A stretch of 63,867 nt of DNA, the filler included. It is 5 parts of 5 records of this genome, joined end to end, with 100 filler letters (N's around TTAATTAATTAA, not from the genome) between each part and the next. Parts side by side here need not be neighbours in the genome. Positions count along the whole stretch, not along the records: positions 58,843 to 63,867 come from SRR20825006_988; 4 more parts are not named here. One strand, 5' to 3'. The translations under genes were made by a program, and so were the position numbers. The notes beneath the pieces were generated by a model. The model ran no database searches and was not told the origin of the DNA. It saw only the letters and a program-made list of their open reading frames with translations. The stretch's first letter is position 1. Each line of letters begins with the position of its first letter. Shown here one piece after another: positions 58,872 to 63,867 of the stretch.

Positions 58872-59896
58872 AGATCCGATCATGCTCTTTATATTTATTA
58901 ACATGAATATAATAAAATTGATCAAAGGTGTCCCTTTACAATGTGAATTGTAAAAGTGCATCCAGCTATATCGGTGAAACATTTATTAATAAAAAGTTTA
59001 CTACCACTTTAATAAATCAATACCGAGGGAAGTTTTATATATATATAAAACCCCGTAGAGACTATGAAGATTAAAATAGATAGTAGGTATATTATTATGA
59101 ATAACATTAATTTATCAAAAAAACGTTTTTCAAAAATACCTTTGTCAGAAGAATGTAAAAGTATTATTCTTGGATCAATATTAGGAGATGGTTCGTTAAA
59201 AATCTATCCTGGTTATAAAAATGCAAGATTTTTTATTAAACATTCAATAAAACAACAAGAATATTTTTATTGAAAAGCTTCAAAATTACAAGAAATATCA
59301 AGTAGTAAGTCAATACAAAAATTAAAACCTACTGGCTTTAGTAAAAATAGTAAATTAAATTTTTGTAGTCGAGCTTTAAATGAATTAACTTCAATATATG
59401 ATTTAACATACAATAAAAATAAATTATGTATTAAACGTTTTTGATTAAATCATTTGGATGAATTATCATTATTAATATGATGATTAGATGATGGCTCATT
59501 AATCTCAAATAATAGAAAAGGTGTATTATGTACAGATAGTTTTAATTATGAAGATTTAGAAATACTTGCAAGATATTTATTAGTAGTTTGAAACATAAAA
59601 GTAAAAATCAACCCGGTAAGTAAAATATATAAAAATAAAAAAAAAGTATATTATCGTTTATGATTAAATACTAGTGAATTAAAAAAATTTTTAAGCATTA
59701 TATTACCATTTGTTGAATCAAAATCAATGTTGTATAAATTTAAGGTTATGTATAAAGACCGTAATCTTCAGCAACGCTGGATTACTCAAATTAAGAATAA
59801 ATTACCTAATTTCAGTAGTGAAATAGACATTTTATATGATAAAAGTAATTATTTTGAGTAAATGATATAGTCCAATTAAATTTATTTTTTAAATTG
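58872..59896 (+). mobile_element. Group I intron (IA-type) at SSU position 793 (E. coli numbering)
   Basis: The exon ends in U and the intron ends in G. P3 ATCCAGC/GCTGGAT, P4 TCGGT/ACCGA, R CGTAGAGACTA, P7.1 TGAAGATTA/TAATCTTCA, P8 TACTCAAA/TTTGAGTA, S GATATAGTCC. Confidence 0.93.
59064..59861 (+). CDS. Double-motif LAGLIDADG homing endonuclease, TGA read as Trp (265 aa; may start at ATG 59097)
   Basis: Reading six TGA codons as Trp gives one open frame to TAA 59861, with motifs ILGSILGDGSL and LLIWWLDDGSL plus LCTDSF. Confidence 0.92.
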
Positions 59897-60879
59897 ACCC
59901 TGGTAGTCCACGCCCTAAACGATGAATGTTAAATATTGGTAATCACTTTATCAGTGTTAAAGCTAACGCGTTAAACATTCCGCCTGGGAAGTACGATCGC
60001 AAGGTTAAAACTCAAAGGAATTGATGGGAGCCTACACAAACGGTGGAGCATGTGGTTTAATTCGATATTACGCGCGAAACCTTACCAGTTCTTGCATATT
60101 AAAGATATTATTTTGAGAAGAATAAGTTATATAATTTATTATATTCTTTATTACAGGCGTTGCATGGCTGTCGTCAGCTCGTGTCGTAAGATGTTTGGTT
60201 AAGTCCTATAACGAGCGCAACTCTTATTCTTAGTTACTAAATTATTAATTAGTATGTAATTTATATATTAATTGGTAAAAAGAACTTTAAGGAAACTCCC
60301 GGTGATAAGCCGGAGGAAGATAAGAATGACGTCAAGTCCGCATGACCCTTATGAACTGGGCTACACACGTGCTACAATGATAACTACAATGGGTAGCAAT
60401 AATGAAAGTTGGAGCAAATCCTCAAAAGTTATCTCAGTACGGATTGTTTTCTGCAACTCGAAAACATGAAGATGGAATCGTTAGTAATCGCAAATCAGCA
60501 CGTTGCGGTGAATAAGTACCTAGGCTTTGTACATATCGCCCGTCAAGTTGGGGGAATAGATCTTGCCCGACATTAATTTGTTTTATTTAGTTCGAATTTG
60601 TATATATCATAGTATTTATGTTATATTTAATTACACAAATAAAAGGAATGATTAAGGTAGGGTTCATGACTCCAATTAAGTCGTAACAAGGTATTGCTAC
60701 AGGAATGTGGTGATGGAATTTCTCCCTTTATATTATATTAAGATATATATGAAATTTATTAAAATATAATTAATATTTGATACTTAATAAAGAGATATAA
60801 AAGAACAAAAAATAAATGCAAAAAAAAAATCTATATAAAAATATATAGAAATGAACTGTGATTGTTAACTTTTTTTATT

Positions 60880-61028
60880 AACTGATAACAATAGTTTAAC
60901 TGAGTAAAACAGGATCCCATCCCGAACTCCACATGATAAATAACATGTAAGTATGTTAAACAAATATAATGTTAAACGGTTAAACGCTATTGAAACTGCT
61001 AAAACGGAAAAGATAGTCTTTATCAGTT
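60880..61028 (+). rRNA. rrn5: 5S rRNA with a 39-nt insertion
   Basis: Helix I AACTGATAA/TTATCAGTT, helix II GTTTAACTG/CGGTTAAAC, and loop C TCCCATCCCGAAC. Confidence 0.85.
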
Positions 61029-62872
61029 TAAAAAAAATAAAAACTCACAATAACTTATAATAATAGAAATAAATACGAATTAATACGAATCAAATTAATT
61101 AAGGTATTTAGTGGATGCCTATAGCGTTAAGAGAAAGAGGACGTATAAAACTACGAAAAGTCATGGGAAGAATAAATCTGTGATCCATGAATTTCCTTAG
61201 AGAAAACTTACTTTTCTAAAAGATTAAAAACTTAGTGAACTGAAACATCTTAGTAACTAAAGGAAAAAAAATCAACCGAGATTCCGGTAGTAGTGGCGAG
61301 CGAAACCGGATTAGGGCCATAATGAATAAGTTATTATAAAGTAGAAAAAGCTGGAAAGCTTTACCTTAGAGGGTGATAGTCCCGTATAAATAAAATATAA
61401 TTAATAAAAAAACTTATTTGTTCAGAGTAAAACGGGGCACGTGAAACCTTGTTTGAAGATCGGAAGACCACTTTCGAAGCCTAAATACTCCTTAACGACT
61501 GATAGTGAATAGTACCGTGAGGGAATGGTGAAAAGAACCTTGAAAAAAATAGGAGTGAAATAGAACCTGAAACTGAATACCGACAAGCAGTATGAGCCTT
61601 TTAATTTATTAAGGGGTAAGTACGTACCTTTTGCATAATGGGTCAGCGACTTAATATATATAGCAAGTTTAAAGTGTTAACTGAAGACGTAGCGAAAGCG
61701 AGTTTTAAAAGAGCGAAAAAGTTATATGTATTAAACCCGAAATCGAGTGATCTTACCATGGACAGGCTAAAAATCTTTTAACGAGGATTGGAGGGCCGAA
61801 CCCGTGTATGTGGAAAAATACTGGGATGATCTGTGGTAAGGGGTGAAAGGCCAATCAAACTCGAAGATAGCTGGTTTTTCGCGAAATCTATTTAAGTAGA
61901 GCGTTATGACATAATTTTTAGGGGTAGAGCACTTTTTAGACTAGGGCGGCCACAAGCTGTACCAAATTTATGAAAACTCCGAATACTAAAAATCTAAGCA
62001 TAGCAGACAGACTATGGGTGCTAAGATCCTTAGTCGAGAGGGAAACAGCCCAGACCGTTAATTAAGGTCCCTAAATAATTTCTTAGTGGTAAAGGAAGTG
62101 AAAAGATTATAACAACCAGGAGGTGAGCTTAGAAGCAGCTATCCTTTAAAGAAATCGTAATAGATCACTGGTCTAAACAAGTCTTTTTGCGCCGAAAATG
62201 TAACGGGGCTCAAGAAATTTACCGAAATTACGGATATATCTAATGATATATGGTAGCGAAACGTTCTGTAAATCGAAAGCATATCTGCGAAGATATGTAG
62301 TGATATCAGAAGTGACAATGCTGACATGAGTAACGATAAAGAAAATCAAAAATTTTCTCGCCGAAAGTCCAAGGGTTTCTACGAAATGTTAAGCTACGTA
62401 GAGTTAGTCGGCCTCTAAGATAATGGCGAAAGCCGTAGTCGATGAGAATAATATTGATATTTATTAACCTGCTAAAGTTGACGAATATTATTGTATTATT
62501 ACTATTATTGGATTATTAGTACTGATATAATCGTGTTCCGGGAAATAAGTTTAGCAATATTAGACCGTACCCTAAACCGCCACAGGTGGACAAGTATATT
62601 TTACTAAGGCGCTTGAGATAATAATGTTGAAGGAACTCGGCAAAATGACTCTGTAACTTTGGAAGAAAGAGTATCTCTATTAGCTGTATGAATAATTAGT
62701 TAATAAAGATGGCACAGAATAGGGGGTGGCGACTGTTTAATAAAAACACAGGACTTTGCTAAATCGCAAGATGATGTATAAGGTCTGACACCTGCCCAAT
62801 GCTGGAAGGTTAAGAGGAAAAGTGCAAGCTTTGAATCGAAGCCCCAGTCAATGGCGGCTGTATACTGACGGT

Positions 62873-63647
62873 TAGGCTTATATTATATTATGATATAAAA
62901 TTACAAAATATAAAAATAAATGGGCCGTCGTTAAATTTGGCTATATGCTGGAACGTAGTTTTAAAGAATTTATACAGAGTATGTGAAAATTAATGACTTT
63001 TATGACTACCAATCAGCAGGAAATTTTGTTTATCAAATTTTAACTTAATAAACACAAAAATGAAATTATTACAACCAGATTCAAAAGAATTTAAGCTTTT
63101 TCTAGCTGGATTTATTGAAGGTGAAGGTTCACTTTGTTTATCTATTAAAGTTAATTCTACTAGTCGATTTAAATATAGAGTTGATCCAGAATTTTTTTTG
63201 TATCAGCATGCTAATGGTTTACCAATACTAAAAGCTGCACAAAAAATGTTCGGTACTGGATCTATTTTTTTAAAAAGTGGTTCAGATCAAGTTTATGTTT
63301 TTGCTATTAGAAATAGACGTTCTATAAATGAAAAAGTAATACCATATTTTGAAAAATATGTTATACCTTTCTCGTGTAAGTTTAATTTAACTTTTAAAAT
63401 TTTTAAAAAAGCTCTTAATCTTTTAGAAGAAAAACGTCATTTTAATGTAACTGGACTTCTAGAAATAATTGAATTAGCTTACGATATTAGTTTAAATACT
63501 AAAGGAAAAGAACGAAAATATACTTTTGATGAATTAAAACAAAAGATCCTCAGAGACTACACGCCAAAAAGTAATTAAATAATAAAGTATATTATTTATT
63601 CAAATACTTAAGATATAGTCCAAACTTTTATGATACATGAAAGAAAG
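62873..63647 (+). mobile_element. Group I intron (IB-type) at LSU position 1923
   Basis: Exon GACGGT pairs with IGS GCCGTC (62924). P TATATGCTGGAA, Q AATCAGCAGG, R TCAGAGACTAC, P3 TTTGGC/GCCAAA, S AAGATATAGTCC, and a terminal G before CCTAAGGT. Confidence 0.95.
63060..63578 (+). CDS. Single-motif LAGLIDADG homing endonuclease, I-CeuI-like
   Basis: FLAGFIEGEGS, VDPEF, QHANG, FGTGSI..KSGS and EKVIPY resemble I-CeuI, whose intron also sits at L1923. Confidence 0.92.
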   Translation: MKLLQPDSKEFKLFLAGFIEGEGSLCLSIKVNSTSRFKYRVDPEFFLYQHANGLPILKAAQKMFGTGSIFLKSGSDQVYVFAIRNRRSINEKVIPYFEKYVIPFSCKFNLTFKIFKKALNLLEEKRHFNVTGLLEIIELAYDISLNTKGKERKYTFDELKQKILRDYTPKSN

Positions 63648-63655
63648 CCTAAGGT

Positions 63656-63867
63656 TAATGAAAATTACGCTCAACTTTTTATTTAAAAAGTTATTTCGCA
63701 GCCTTAATAAAATCTAACTATATGCTGGAAACTCTTAAAACTTAATTTTACTCGTTATATTAATATTGAATTTTTGGTAGTTTGTAAAACGTAAACCCAA
63801 TTAATTACAAGTAACTGTAAAAATAAATTAAGACTGAGACAATCAGCAGGAAACTATTTTATATTTA
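63656..63867 (+). mobile_element. Group I intron (IB-type) at LSU position 1931, 5' part (truncated by the window)
   Basis: Exon TAAGGT pairs with IGS GCCTTA (63701). ATTTCGC (63693) is complementary to the expected 3' exon GCGAAAT (P10). P TATATGCTGGAA, Q AATCAGCAGG (63841). Confidence 0.9.

Larger units (their letters stand above)
58843..60729 (+). rRNA. rns: Mitochondrial-type SSU rRNA, 3' half (exons 58843-58871 and 59897-about 60729)
   Basis: GGATTAGAT|ACCCTGGTAGTCC, AAACTCAAAGGAATTGA, GTCGTCAGCTCGTG, GCAACGAGCGCAAC-like and AAGTCGTAACAAGG. Variable regions are very AT-rich. Confidence 0.95.
61088..63655 (+). rRNA. rnl: Mitochondrial-type LSU rRNA, 5' part (exons about 61088-62872 and 63648-63655; continues past the window)
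   Basis: GTGGATGCC, GAACTGAAACATCT, AGTACCGTGAGGGAA, GATAGCTGGTTTTTCGCGAAATCTATTTA (alpha/mito-type), AAGGAACTCGGCAAA, GACTGTTTAATAAAAACACAG. Confidence 0.95.

Noticed and set aside
59064-59273. Endonuclease pseudogene truncated at 69 aa
   Set aside because: All six interruptions are TGA, several at positions where Trp is typical (IWWLDDG), with no frameshift or internal TAA/TAG: a code difference, not decay.
60272-62327. ORFs 60272-60469 and 62139-62327
   Set aside because: They lie within conserved rRNA sequence.
58843-63867. Mollicute, Gracilibacteria or plastid rRNA operon
   Set aside because: The SSU-5S-LSU order, lack of spacer tRNAs, alpha/mito LSU signatures and TGA fitting Trp rather than Gly favour a mitochondrion.

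Overview
This window is not one locus. It holds five unrelated contigs joined by artificial 100-nt N/TTAATTAATTAA spacers. (1) 1-16396: a Planctomycete, Rhodopirellula-like, with DUF1559 prepilin-like, NRDE, ketose 3-epimerase, CAP, SNF2, HtrA, TPR, Nif3 and secA genes. (2) 16497-29517: a Rhodospirillales-like alphaproteobacterium with a tRNA-Thr fragment, a multi-PAS hybrid kinase, metabolic genes, a comDE-like decarboxylase and a BisC-like molybdoenzyme. (3) 29618-45362: a Hyphomicrobiales (Devosiaceae/Maritalea-like) core region, nuoMN-birA-rnj-DUF1467-proS-lolE/D-dnaE-rpsB-tsf-pyrH-frr. It hides an alpha-r9-like sRNA. It also hides an unannotated 34-aa SidA-like division-inhibitor gene, whose promoter has two LexA boxes and a phased array of about nine DnaA-box-like 9-mers. 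(4) 45463-58742: a Flavobacteriaceae contig with a P1B ATPase/Fur/HxlR/nitroreductase locus and an uncharacterised tldD-tldE-DUF4159-moxR-DUF58-batA-membrane protein cluster, whose TldD has Asp at the usual Cys metal ligand. (5) 58843-63867: an AT-rich mitochondrial-type rns-rrn5-rnl unit with three group I introns (S793, L1923, L1931), two LAGLIDADG endonucleases (one reading TGA as Trp), an 8-nt micro-exon and a 5S rRNA with a 39-nt insertion. All taxonomic and family calls come from motif recognition by eye; no searches were run.
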